Source of the DNA: Sphagnum compactum
Taxonomy: Eukaryota
DNA length: 64,000 nt
Assembly: GCA_965153455.1 (NCBI GenBank)
Contig: OZ234494.1
Coordinates: forward strand, 5,208,001 to 5,272,000
Direction: 5' to 3'
In this document: piece after piece, positions 36,233 through 49,119 of the stretch
Layout of the letters: each line of letters opens with the position of its first letter
Position numbering within the stretch: the first letter of the stretch is position 1
Position numbers and translations under genes: made by a program
The notes under the pieces: model-generated
Seen by the model: the letters and a program-made list of their open reading frames with translations, nothing else
Told to the model about the DNA's origin: nothing
Databases searched by the model: none

Positions 36233-36806
36233 CTCCTCGAGGCCTCCGCCGAGGTTTACTGCGAGGGTCCTTTTTCCTGCTCTTCTCCCGCCTCCGTTAC
36301 TCCCGGAACGCGAGCTTAAAGAAAGACTGCGCGGCTTCAAGCGTCTCCTGACTGATCCGGCGCTCCTGCAGTAAAATATCCTTGCGACTTCTTCATCTCA
36401 TCCCTTCTTCTTCATGACAAGAAACAGGAATTACTGTGGTTTGTGCACTCCGGTTCAACACAGTTGCAGCAGCAGCAGCAGCAACTGAATTTGCAACCCA
36501 GAAACTGTGTAGCCGGAAGCAAGAAGATTTGGGACAACAACCGTCGTCGTCGTTCACCATGAAAGCAGCTGCTCACAGCGGCTCCGTAACACTGTGTACT
36601 CTAGCACAGCAGCAGCAGCGTCGTCGAGACGAGTTCAGAAATCATTTCCAACACGACAAGATCTTATTTTGGCGATCAAACCAAAAGCACAAAAAAAGAG
36701 ACACAGTAATCTAGAAGTACTTTAGGCTCGCCGCAAGAAAGCTCCCGAGTTCTCCTCGATTCCAGTGCGATGCTTTCCTGGCAGCAAATCTTTTTCCAGC
36801 TGCGAA

Positions 36807-36863
36807 CACGTGATTAGTGCTAACCAGGCGATTAGTGCTAATCCGGTTATTAGTGCTAATCGG
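36807..36863. promoter_or_regulatory. G-box followed by three 18-bp-period ATTAGTGCTAA repeats upstream of copy B
   Basis: CACGTG at 36807-36812; ATTAGTGCTAA at 36813, 36831 and 36849. Regulatory function is inferred from position only. Confidence 0.4.
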
Positions 36864-39036
36864 GAAATCATCTGAACGGTACCCTCCAATGCACACACAG
36901 TTTGGCGACGAGTCCAGTTGAGCCATGGACACCCTGCAAACCGGCCGGCCCAGTTATTTGACTTATTCTGACCGGACCGTGCCAAGGAATGCCTATAGAG
37001 CATCTGGTTCTGAAGAAAACCAAACTTGGGTGGCGTGACCTTAGTTTTTTCATTTAATTTTTTTTACTAATGCTTTCATTGCATGGTTCAAGAGTGGTTT
37101 TGTTAACAATATTTTTGAAAAAACAATTTGCTGAATTTCGCAACTTGGTGATTTATTTTTATTTTTTTACTCCAAAAGAATGGAAGGGGGAAAAAAAGGG
37201 AATTTTTTGTGATTTTAAAGGATTTTTCGCCCTTTTTCGAAACAAAAAAAATCAATTAGCCACATCTAGACCTAGCCATTTCCTAGGTTGCAATTGTAGG
37301 ATTGCTTTTGTAAAAATGCTACAGCTCACCTGCTACAATGATTAAAGGTAGAGTCCAGCCTTTTTTTCTTTCTTTCTTTTCTTTTGTTTCGGTGCAAAAT
37401 TTTGTCGCACAAATAATAATAATAGAAATTATTATTATTATTATTATTATTAAATATCTCTAGACTCTCACATCTTCTATTTTTTTGAAGAGTTTTTTTG
37501 CCAAATTTTCTTAAAAGAAAAAGGTTTGAAAGTTTTTAGCCACATTCCCAATTGGCAAAACGTCAGAGTATTGGGAGACTAAAAGACCTTTAACGGAGTT
37601 TGTCTCTCTTTACAAGGTATAAGGAAGTTTTGTGCTAGAATGAACTAAGTTTTGTGCTAGCAATATGGCAACCCTATCCCTATTATATTACTACAGTCGT
37701 ATAGGTATTGTGACTCATATTAATTAGTTGTGAGGGTGCCCAAACTTCAATTTTTTCCTTTTGTGATGGCCATCTTTGATAGGCCAATCCCAAGACAAAT
37801 TAATTAACCAAGCTTAAGGCAGTCCCAAATCAAATATGTTGTAATAGGCTAATCCCCTCCTTTGTGTTGCTTAAGTAAGTTACAAGAGTAAAACCTTGGG
37901 GGCATACGGGATAAAGTGTGCAGCTATTGCAATTGCTTTGATTAGTTGAAAATCAATCTCTCTCTCGTATTCCACACCCCCATCTCCAAACCTCTCCAAA
38001 AGGAAAATCTCATATCTTATTAAAAAAAGAAAAAATCATTTTATTCAAACAACTTAGATGAGTTGCAATAAATATTGGGCCTCCTCTAAGCAAATGTGGT
38101 TAATAAATTGTCTATTTAGTAAATACCCAGTAGTAGAAAAACAAAGAAAACAATAGATCTTAAATACATCCTATGTGACTATCTTAAGTTCCCAAAATTT
38201 TGACATCAACAAAAAAAGAATTTTCTTAACTCTCAACATTAGAACTAGGTTTATTTTTTCAAAAAATTGACAAATTTTCTAAACAATAATATAATACTCG
38301 GAGAACCTGTAAAAGACATTGCGGTGTAAAACCAACTACATATATCTAGATATTTATTACTTAGTGGCCACCTACCTATTGCCTTACTTACTTGCTTACC
38401 TACATAACCTATTTATTTACAATAGAGGCTACCCAAGGCAAATTAACATTGACAACCTAGTTGGAGTACATCCACAGCCTTCCAATGGGTGGCTATTGAT
38501 GGCTATTGGTTTATTTGGCCTAGTTTTAAGGTCTTGTGTTTTATCAGTTGGATAATTTAGTAATTTGTTTATTTATTTATTATCCCCCCCCCCCCCCCCC
38601 CCCCCCCCCCCATGGTGAGATTTTTTGGTGGTCTGCCCCTCTCGAAAAACATCTGGAAGAGTTGCGCTGGTAAGTAGACCTCTCACAACCTTCTGGAACT
38701 GCACGCTGGAAGATGATGAGGCCTGGTGGACCAGTAGTTCCCAGTTTGGGGAGTTCCCCCTGACAAGCTCACCATTTTCCGAGGTGGAACAGGCCCCTAC
38801 CATTATACAGAACTAAACCACAGAATAAATGCAACGGATGTAATTTGGGAAACCGTAGTAGATGATTATTTTCTGTAACCAGCTGCTGAGTCAGAGCCAA
38901 TGAGATTTCAATTGGCTGTGTAGAACACATGTCATTAGTCAATAGGTGCATGGCAGAATTGGCCTCTCAAATGCTAATTTGAATCCATTAACCACCTCGC
39001 ATTAATTAGCTCCACCCAAGCCAATTCTTGTGTGTA

Positions 39037-40115
39037 AATAGGTAAGGCTGTTGTCTGCCAGGGGTATTAGCCAGTGTTGAGCGGTTCTCACTTTTTTTGG
39101 GTGAGAACCGACCGATTCCGGTTCTTATATCATGTTATGAGGACCTGATCAGTTTATATATATGTATATATATATTTATTTTTTGGGCGGGTGAAAACTA
39201 GTCAGGTTATCAAGTTTTAATTTTTTCATTTATTAATGTCAATTTTAATAATTAAATAATTAATAATTTTAATTAATTCATTACGTGGAAAGAGCAGCAC
39301 TGTGGGAAGAGTAGCAGCAACAGGAAAAGAATAACAGCAATGGGAGAAGAGCAATAAGGGGAGAAAAGTAATTAATAGCATTAAAGGAAGAAGAGTAATG
39401 GCCGTAAGGGGGGGAAAAGTAATTGCAAGAGGGGAAGAGCAGCAGCCCCACGTGCAGAGCACCAAGCGTGTACATGGACTCTAAGAACCGGATCTAAGTT
39501 CTACGCGAGAACCTATCCGTTCTTCCTAAAAAAGGTTATATTTATGAGTTTGAACCGGTTCTCATTCATGTGAGAACCTGAGGTCGGTTCTCATTTTGAG
39601 AACCGGGATGAGAACCGCCCAACATCGGTATTAGCCCAGGCCAAAAATGCTGACCAACTCTTTTGGGAAGAGAAATTTGATGCAGCCAATGGGAAGGCCC
39701 AAGCAAGCACTCAAGGTTGCCTTGTTTTTTTTCCTTTAAGTTTTGGGGGAGAGGGTGCGAGGGCAAAGGATTTTTTTTCTCACTTTTCCCTGGTTCCCAA
39801 TCTGTTCCCACTATGTTCAAGTTTCCAATTGGTTCCCATCAGGTTTCAAATATGTTCCCCAAGTTCCCAATGTGTTCACCATAGCACCTCTTCTTTTATC
39901 CCATTCACTTTAGCAAATGTTGTGCTCCTTTCACCTATATAGGTGGGCCAAAGGGGGAGGAACTCTACACTTCAAAATAAAACCTTCTATTTTGGGGAGC
40001 CGTCATAGTTTTGTTTTTTTTTCTTTTGGAGTGACGGGCCAAATCAAAAAAAAAGAAAAAAAAATTGAACTTGGGAGGCACCTCATGTAATTAATTAATT
40101 AATAGGAGAGGTGAA
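39037..40115 (+). repeat. High-copy dispersed repeat (host of the nested MITE)
   Basis: Same family at ~41640-41880 and 41902-42240 (+), and at ~37735-37930, 46225-46395 and 61310-61510 (-). Shared motifs TTCCCAATGTGTTC, ATATAGGTGGGCCAAAGGGG and GAACTTGGGAGGCA. Confidence 0.75.
39072..39627. mobile_element. Non-autonomous hAT-type MITE nested in a dispersed repeat
   Basis: TIRs CAGTGTTGAGCGGTTCTCA / TGAGAACCGCCCAACATCG, 8-bp TSD GTATTAGC (39064-39071, 39628-39635), and many subterminal GAACCG/CGGTTC motifs. Confidence 0.9.
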
Positions 40116-41901
40116 TAATAGACGCATGAATAAATACAAGATGTTGCTGCTATAACTGGAAAACACAAGAGTTGGCCATGTGATTACTGGATGGATGTCT
40201 GGATTCAATCTTCATTTGCTTTGTATCATGTTTTATTTTTTAATCCTTTTAGGGTTTTGCTCTGCACATGAATGTTTGAATGTTTGTTGTCTGTTGGCAA
40301 GAAAAGGTCTGGTTCAAGTCAGACAACATTTTAGTCTAATGTAGCTTGTGATATGTGGCCAAAGCATCTTCCACAAGTGGAAACACCTTTAGCATGTGGA
40401 AGGTCAGTTCAATTATGGAACTGATCCTTCCATGCAGAGAGGTGCTTTTGGAGTACAAAGGAAAAAAAACACCTTGGCAGTGCTAAGTTTGCTTTGATGC
40501 CAAACATATTGCCTATACTTTCCATAGAAAACTCATTGCAATTGTCCAGTTCCTTTGCAGTGAAATGTGGGTTTTAATCATATGCTAGGTGGAAAATTCC
40601 CCATTTTCTTCCCCTAAGTAAGTCCTTCTTTAGGTGATAGCCATTGGAAGGACGTGGCCGAGCAGGCTGAAGGGTAGTTGTGAGTCAGGTCTGACCAATG
40701 GCCAGCATGTGCTATGCCGTTTGGAAGAGATTCTGCCACATCAGTAAGAACTTTGTAGACTGTTTGCTAGACCTCATGATGTTTTAACTAGAGGATGGAT
40801 GGATGGATGGATGAATGGATTTCAATCCACCCCAATGAAGCTTAGTGAGAAGAATGAATGGAATCTGTATGGAGTTCCGAGCATCTCTGCGCACAGCAAC
40901 CATACACACTATTTTGGATGAAGTATAGCATTTATATAGTGTGGAACTCAAAGGGGACCTGTAAATATGCCCAGGATACAGCAACCGTAAAGAGGGCCAA
41001 CAAAATTGAAAATGACTGCTTTTGGATTATTGGACATGCTAATTCATTCATTTCCTAGGAGCTCTTAAGTGCCCCCAGCCCTTTGTGTCTAGGTTCTTTT
41101 GGGGGTTGAGGGGGGCGGTGGAGTGGGCCATGCCTTGGATTGGTGCTTAGATATCTGCAAATGCAGGATGAAGTATTTGTCGCCTGTTATGATCCTTATG
41201 TGCTTGCTTGCTTGCTTGCTTGCTTGGCAGAAAGGAGCTTGGGAGTGAGTGTCATGGGTGGGGTTGAGTAAGTAACGAGTAATTGTTCTTGTTGGCTATA
41301 GTTCAATCAATAGAACCTTCTATGGAAAGTGAGCTGAAGAATTTTGCTACCTTTCTACTAACAATAACTCATCAATCAAGAATTGGGGGACGGTGAATAT
41401 ATGTGAAACTAAATGTTTAAAACCCAAAAATAAAATGAAGTGATTTATGGGGTTTTCAAATGCCAATATTTGAGGGAAAAATAAGGTGGATTTCTATATA
41501 TGGTTTGAGTAGGTAGCCAAAAATATAGAAGGATGTTTTAAATTTTCTACTTTGTGTATTGGGAGGGAAGGGGAAGGAGAGGGGGGGGGGGGGGGAGGGG
41601 GGGGTGGGATCAGGGTAATGATGAATTTGTTTTCATTCTTGTGTTCCCCAAGGGTATTCCCAATAGCACCTCACTTTAGCCCATATCTTTCACCCAAAGT
41701 TTTCCCCCTTTCTCACCTATATAGGTGAACCAAAGGGAAGGCACTCTATTCTCACTGAGAAACTACTACTTTTGGGTGAGCCTCCTGAGTTTCAGTTTTC
41801 TTTTGATGATGGGCCAATCAAAATTCTCCACCGCAAAAATAAAACAAAAATCAGAACTTGGGAGGCAGCCCATCTAATAGGTAAACAGGGGAGGAGAGGT
41901 C

Positions 41902-42240
41902 AATAGGTAAGGTGTTCTTGGCAAGGGGTATTAGCCCAGACCAAAAATGGCGACCAACTCTTTTAAGAAAAGAAATTCCATGTAGCCAATGGGAAGGCCC
42001 AAGCATGCACTCAAGGTGCCTTCCTTTTTTTCCTTTTAAGTTTTGGGAGGCGCGGGTGGGGCAAGGAATTCTTTCATTTTTCCCTGGTTCCCACTGTGTT
42101 CCTTTAAGTTTTCAATGGGTTCCCAATATTTTCCCCAAGTTCCCAATGTGTTCCTCAACATGTTCTCCACAGAAAATGCTGTCCTCCTTTCACCCATATA
42201 GGTGGGCCAAAGGGGAGGAACGCTATACTTCAAAATAGAA
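41902..42240 (+). repeat. Uninterrupted copy of the same dispersed repeat
   Basis: AATAGGTAAGG...GGGGTATTAGCCCAGACCAAAAATG...GCCAATGGGAAGGCCCAAGCA aligns to 39037-39071 joined to 39636 onward. Confidence 0.8.
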
Positions 42241-45200
42241 GGAAGCTGATTGCAATGTGTCATTTCAACCTATGAGAGAGAGCTTGCCAGGTAATTAATT
42301 ATGTTGAATACAAACCTTGTTCACATTATTCACCTTGGATCATGGATTTGAAGCCAATTCTAATAAGGCCATTGGTTTTGATGTTGGGTGGGCATTACAC
42401 TACTACTACTACTACTACCAGGTGTCTAGATAGAGAATGGCGAAGTTGCATCCACAATTTCTCTCGAGGTTTCCCTCCATGTTTCCCTCCCAGCATTATT
42501 CACAACAACCGTGATGCATCCGAGGTTTTTGGGGGCATTTGGCCATGTGGGTGAAAGTATTTTGGACACTCACTCATTTTGTAAAAGTACTCTAACCGAG
42601 TGCATGGAATTGCTTCCAAAGATATTTTCACAAGTTAATAAATAATTCATCATGTTGTTACACAACTGACATGGAGTGAAGAAACAAAGAGTTGACCACT
42701 TTAGGTGCTGCTCCCCAACGGGTGGGTGGCTTGTTTTTTTTTTAAAAAATTGTCCCGTGTGAATATTTAGGCTACTTAATCCAATAAAAGAAATTGTTGT
42801 TGCCGGGTGATGAGCAAAGTAGCAATAAAGTTGTATGTAGTCCCCTTATCAAAGGATTTGAACTTGATAGAGTGTGTAATATAAGTTTGGCATGTTTTCA
42901 CCTACCCATTTTGAAAAATGTTCTGAGAAGCATCCCCACTAGTAGGTGGCAAAAAGAAGGCCCTCAAACTTTGAAACAACTGAATTGTGCAAGCTAGTCA
43001 GATTCAATTGAGTGTCACACTGGTGTCATTTGTGATGAAGTCATCACATTTGAAGCCCAATATTAGCAACACAATGATGTCTAAGATATGTGTGTATATA
43101 TATATATATATATACTTGGGTTCCTCCACGTTGCTACACACTATCAGTGACAACTCTCCTTCTTATTATGTTCCCATATGATATTCAATAATTCATCAAT
43201 ATTTAAATCAATGTTAAATTTAGTTTTATTTAATATAAATATCATGGACATGAAAAGGCACATGTTAAATTGCTTTTTCAAGTCCATGTTGGTGAGTAAG
43301 GAATGGGGTGAAATAGTTTTAAAGAGAAGAAATAATTATTAGGAAAAGAAAGTGAGGTAATTATAAGAATAAGAGATAGTTAAGCTTGGGAATGAAATAA
43401 TTATGTTTGAAAATGTTTTTGAAATTTGTCCAAGAATAAAAGAACATACAACATTAATAAGGAGCCTTCAAAAGATTATTAAAAATCACCCATATATTAG
43501 TTCCTCAAAGTTCTCATTATTAAAATTTATAAGTGTTAGTTGGTTTGGTATTGACTTTTGAACATAGGTACCAGCTTGGTTTTGGTACCGCTTCATTCTT
43601 TGCCTTAGTCTTTTGCCAATAAAATAAAATACAATAGGAGTTCGATTTGAACCAACTAAGTTGGGGGGCCCTTTCTTGTGAGACTTGCCTTCAATAAATA
43701 AATAAAAGAAAAACATCCGACAAGAGAACAAGAGAAGAAAAAGAAAGAAAGGACCAAAGTCCATACAAAAGACAACACCCAAAAGGCCAAAGAAATGTCT
43801 TCAATAGACTTGTGTCAAGTATCATGTTCAAACATTCTACAACTCCCCTATCGTCATGTATCTGAATAATACACAACACCTCATGTCCATTTGTTGAGGA
43901 TGATCATAATATTCATGTATGCCATGTGGGTATCTTTGTGGGTCACCCATGTTCATTCCAAGCATCCATGAGAGCGTTTGTGATAAGCTAAGGCATGTGA
44001 GTGGAAAGCCAATCTTATAATATACACACAATCACTCAATTTGCACTAAATAATGACATTTCAATGGTGTAAAATTCTTTCAATCCTATGGGACCTTTAA
44101 TGGAGACTAAAAACAAGGGCATGAATCATTTGGATACCCGTACTACCACCTTGGCAGCTTTAGCACAAGTTATATTATTTTTAGAAATGCTGAAATTTTC
44201 AAAAAATATTTTTTTTGACAATGGACAATTTTTTTTTAAAAAGAAACAAAGAAGAATATTTTATTGTAATCCTCATATTTAATTGATTAATTATTCAATA
44301 GACATGTGCGGAAGCCACCAAGGTACTATGTAATGGGAAAGGTTGGAAAAAGAGTATATTCATTCCATGATCCAAAGAGATATTATTCCAAATGAGAACT
44401 TTGAATCTCGGAATGAGTATACTCTTCACTTTCTCAAAAGGCATGAAGTATATATTGATGCCCATGTTCATCTTGAAGGTTTTTTTCATGTGTATGTTGT
44501 ATATTACAACATTTTCTTTTTCATGTCTAAAAGATATTTGCCATGACACATGGCATTACATAGTTGACCATAATGTCAGATGTTCTACCATGTTAAACAA
44601 ATTTTCAACCATACTAGTTCATAATGTATTGGCATGTTTAGGTACATTAAAAGATTGTAATGTTTTCTCTTGTGAATATTTTCCATCTTCAAAAGCATGC
44701 AATTACTAACAATATTACATGATAAATATTTCTTCTTCTTCTTCTTCTTTTGGGGGGGGGGTTAAATATTTTTCGTTGAACATTCATATTAATCATGTTT
44801 GAAAGTATATGTGATCATGGATTTGAGGATTGTGCAAAATATGCAATAAATGATGTGAGGCATTCATGTTGTATACCATCAAGAAGCCAATTAAGAAACA
44901 TGCAAAACTTGAAACTACAGGTATATAGTTTCTTGAAACTTGAAACTTGAAACTATATATATATATTGAGCTCAAAGTGTCGAATTTTTGAAGAATTGAA
45001 CTTTGCACTTGTTGGGTATAGGTAGAAATCCTAAGCACTAGGCTATGTCAATGATTTTGGAAGCAGATTAGCATACTTAATCTCTACTTCAAAATCTTGA
45101 AATACAATTCAAAATGAGAAAGTGGGACCTTAATTTTTCAATTTTTTAATTATTTCAACAAGATCTACTGATGATTATTAGTCATAGGTTATGGTATTTA

Positions 45201-48200
45201 AACCCTTATCCAAGTATAGCTCTAGAACATAGAAATCTCTTAGCGCAAATTTGCAATCCAATTTCAAATATGCATTATATTGACCCCAAAAACGTAAAAC
45301 ATGGGTCCCTTAATTTTCCAAAAGGTTGGTCCACGCTCCTAGAATTTTGGTGGGAATTTTTTCAATGTCGTGCCTGCCGGATGGACTACCTCGGACATGC
45401 ACTAGGTATGTTGGAAAGCATATGTTGTCTTCATATGAAAACCTCCATAGAACTTTCTCAAATACCTACTTGGAAATTTCGAATAGCACCAAGGGCAAGC
45501 CTTGTTTTTGCACCTGTCAAAAGCGATTTTGAACCATAAAACAACAAAATTATGTCGTCAAAAAGACAATTTTTCCCCTCTTCAAAAGCAATGCAAGTGA
45601 GAATGAAACGTGTCCAAATGCAAAGAAAAAATCAGCTCGTCAAAGAAAAAGTAATTCAAAAAGTGTACCAACGTCACTAAAAGAGGGGCACGGGATAATT
45701 TGTACCTATGGTAGGACCCTCACCTTCTGGAATGAGGTCTCCTAGAGGCTAAATGAACTCAAGCAAAATGTTTAAATCTAGTCTAATTTTCACAACTTAC
45801 TTCCTTCGAGAAAAGGGGACTTAAACAACCTCCCCAACTTCCCATGGAAAAGGGACTCAAAACTTTTCAAGACAAATGTGTGGAATTCCCTAGGCAACCA
45901 TGTTTCCTCACGTAATTTTGGCCCAAAACATGATTCCTTGGGGACAAATGGGCCCAAGTTCTGCAATGAAACATGCCAAGATTTTTGGGGAATCATGTTG
46001 GGGAAACTTGGTTGAGTCCTTTTCTCTCCAAGGTGGTTGCAAGACCTTTGTCTTCTAAAGGAAACTTGGTTAAGGAAATTGCCCAAAAGTTACATCCCCT
46101 TTTTCATTCTTCTATGGAAAAGATGAGATGTTTCTTTTTTAAAAACAAACCCTAGGCCAAGTTAAATTCTTTTTTTCTGCAGGTCAAATTGGCCTATGAC
46201 TCAAGAGGAACTGAGACTATGGTGGCTTTCAAAAAGAGAAGGTTCTATTTTGAAGTATAGGGGTCCTGCCCTTTGGCCCACATATGTAGGTGAAAGGAGG
46301 ACAACATTTGTCAAAGCATATGGGATAAAAGTGAGGTGCTATTGGGAATTCTTTGGGGAACATGTCAAGAACTTGGGCACTCTTTGCTTTGACTCCACCA
46401 CCCACTGTACACTTAACTGCCTTGCCACCAATTCCCAAATCTCAACATTCCCCAAGAAAAAATTTTAAAATGTTGTGTGGGATGCACCTCAGCTGCAGTA
46501 GTCCATAGTATGACTGACTACCCATACATACACTTTTTGTTGGCTTCTAGAAGTGCCAATAACCCATGTGACAATTGGATTCCAAACAAGCTGAAAAGGG
46601 CAATACAACATTAAAACCTACCTCCGAAACCAACCGGTGAACACCATGGAAGGAGAGGAGACCAGGGTCCAGAAGTGGTCCCTGGCCAACAACAACAACA
46701 ACCTGCATGATTGAACAGTTCCTCAATAAAAGTGTGTTTTCAGGTGAACATTTTATCTAAGAGTTGGAAGAAATACAGGGAGTTTGAGTGTCCAATGGCA
46801 TCATCATCGGGCACCTTATTGGAGACATCCTGAAGCCGTGCATACACCACACAAAGCAATCTCGTGCCATGTTCACAAAGCAACCAGCAAAAAGGTTCTA
46901 AGAGGAAGTCTTATTTGTACATCTGGAATCCTTGAATACCTCACAAAACAATCTTGTGTCTTCTTGGTGGACACAAAGCAATGAGCTAAAGGGTTCTAGA
47001 ACGAAGTGCGGAAGATCAAATTCCTGTTGTACAGAGAAAGCTCACAAATAGGTCAACTAATGAACCAACAGTACTAGCTAGTTGCTGGTATGCACATGTT
47101 GTCAAGCCAAAATCCTTGTGATTAAGATTCACGAGTTAGCAAGGGTGCACCTCGCAATATTAGTTTGTGGATTTCACATGATCATTAAGCCATGAAAGCT
47201 GTGAACTCCATGTTATCCACAATATCTAAGTGCTTTCTAAATGGAGTGATTAGGTGAAATAAGCATTAAGAGAAAAGCCCTAGTTAGGATGTGAAATTAC
47301 TCACTCTAGTGAGGAATATTGTGGGTAATTATTGACTTCTGCAATCACATTGGTTACCTACTCAAAATTCAGAAAAACATAGTCATGAATATGGAAACAC
47401 ATGGGTGATGTACCACCTGAGTCGTGAGTCCATGTTGAAAAATGTGTTCCGTGATTAGTTCAAAATGTGTGGGGAACGTCTTCGAAGGTATGGTTGGTGC
47501 TTTGCCTTCAAGATTCAAGCAAACAATGCAAGAGTACACTAGAAAGTTGGATTGTTATAGTGAAAGCCTTGCACATTGCATGACCTTTTTTTGGTTTCTT
47601 TAGTTTCAAGGTAGGTTGGTCAAGGCATCTCCTTTTTCTTTCTTTTCTGGGGTGGAAATTTTCATTTCAGGAGCAAGATTGATGTCCTCGACTTGTTCTG
47701 GAAGTAATTTTGGGGTTTCCTTTCCAAGAACATTGAACAACATTAGTATTTGTTGGACGGAAAATTTACAACTTTTACAATCTTGTATATAGGACCCAAG
47801 TTCTAGCATTCATATACTTAAGTCTGTTTCATGAACTTGTGCATTGCACTAGAAAAATATTTCATACCCAATGCCTAAATTACTAGTTGTCTTCAAATTA
47901 AGTCCCATACATGTACAATGTTATTTAAATCATTTGTTGTGGCAAATGGCAGCCCATAATATATAGTGACTACAATGGAGAACACCCCTTTAAATTTTAT
48001 GCACTAAAATAGTTGATTAATACATTGGAAAATCTAATACCTCTATTATAGGGTCAAAAAAACCTCCTAGGAGCCTAGGTTTTACTTTTTAAAAAGGATT
48101 GAATAGTTATTTTGTTTAGAAATCAAATTTTCATACATGGAATTTCTTAATGAATTTTTTTCAACTTGTTCTTAAATATGTTGGTTATTGGTCAAATGCT

Positions 48201-48639
48201 TTACTACTGGTGTGGTGTGTTAACCATACATATAATATAACTCAAAAAACAAATTGCCCCGCCCCGCCCCCACCCCTCCCCCCATGGACTTTCTTGTGAT
48301 TATCAAATTTTGAAATTTTAACACTTTATGCAATTTAAAAAATAATAATTAGTGCCAAATCCATTAAGGTACTACAATATATTTGTCTTTAATTGATTCA
48401 CATGTAAGACCATCAAAGACTCAAGTTTCTGGTCAAAGTGAACAAGCATCCACTAACAAACCATGCAAGATGGATGTCATGTGGACAACAAACAGTTTTC
48501 CATTGTATTTTAGTTCTATAGCCAACCATGGTGGTAAGTTGTGTATTAACCATCTACATGCACTTACCCACCAAAAAACCACCAAATGTTTTGCATTAAA
48601 CCCTAAGCCCCACATAGTACCCATTTATATATGTCATGT

Positions 48640-49119
48640 GTTATCATGTATCATATTGGTGCTTACATTTATCATTGTCCATACACACATCAAACAAATA
48701 ACATAAACCACCCTAAATGGTGCATCACATCTAAACCAAAAAAACTACTTAATTACAATACACAAAAATCCAAGCCCAAAACACGTAGTAGAATCCACAT
48801 AAACAAAACTTGCCCAAAACACAAGAAACGTTGCAAAGAAACAACATTATGTGTGTTGGAGTCTTGGGTTTTAATACACAATCCACAAAATATCCCAAAC
48901 CCCATTCACACATGAATTATCCCAAGATAATCAACCATTAAGCTATTTATTTAAATTAACCAAGCTTAGGCTAATATAAATGCAATGTAAGTAATTACTT
49001 AACATAATATTTTTAATAATTCTCTTATGTTATCATGTCAGTGCCTACAACTATCATTGTCCACACACACATCAAACAAATGACACGACCCACCTCAATG
49101 GTGCATCACATCTAAACCA
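48640..49119. repeat. ~95-bp diverged direct repeats
   Basis: 48640-48738 and 49029-49119 share GTTATCATGT...ATCATTGTCCA.ACACACATCAAACAAAT...AATGGTGCATCACATCTAAACCA. Confidence 0.7.

Noticed and set aside
36233..36340. 36-aa N-terminal extension of copy B
   Set aside because: It starts at TTG, with an in-frame stop further upstream and no in-frame ATG, so the ATG at 36232 was used.
40780..41070. miR159/319-like words (GAATGAATG, ATTCATTCA, GGAGCTC)
   Set aside because: No mature miR319/159 sequence and no extended stem; explained by a (GGAT)n microsatellite and chance.
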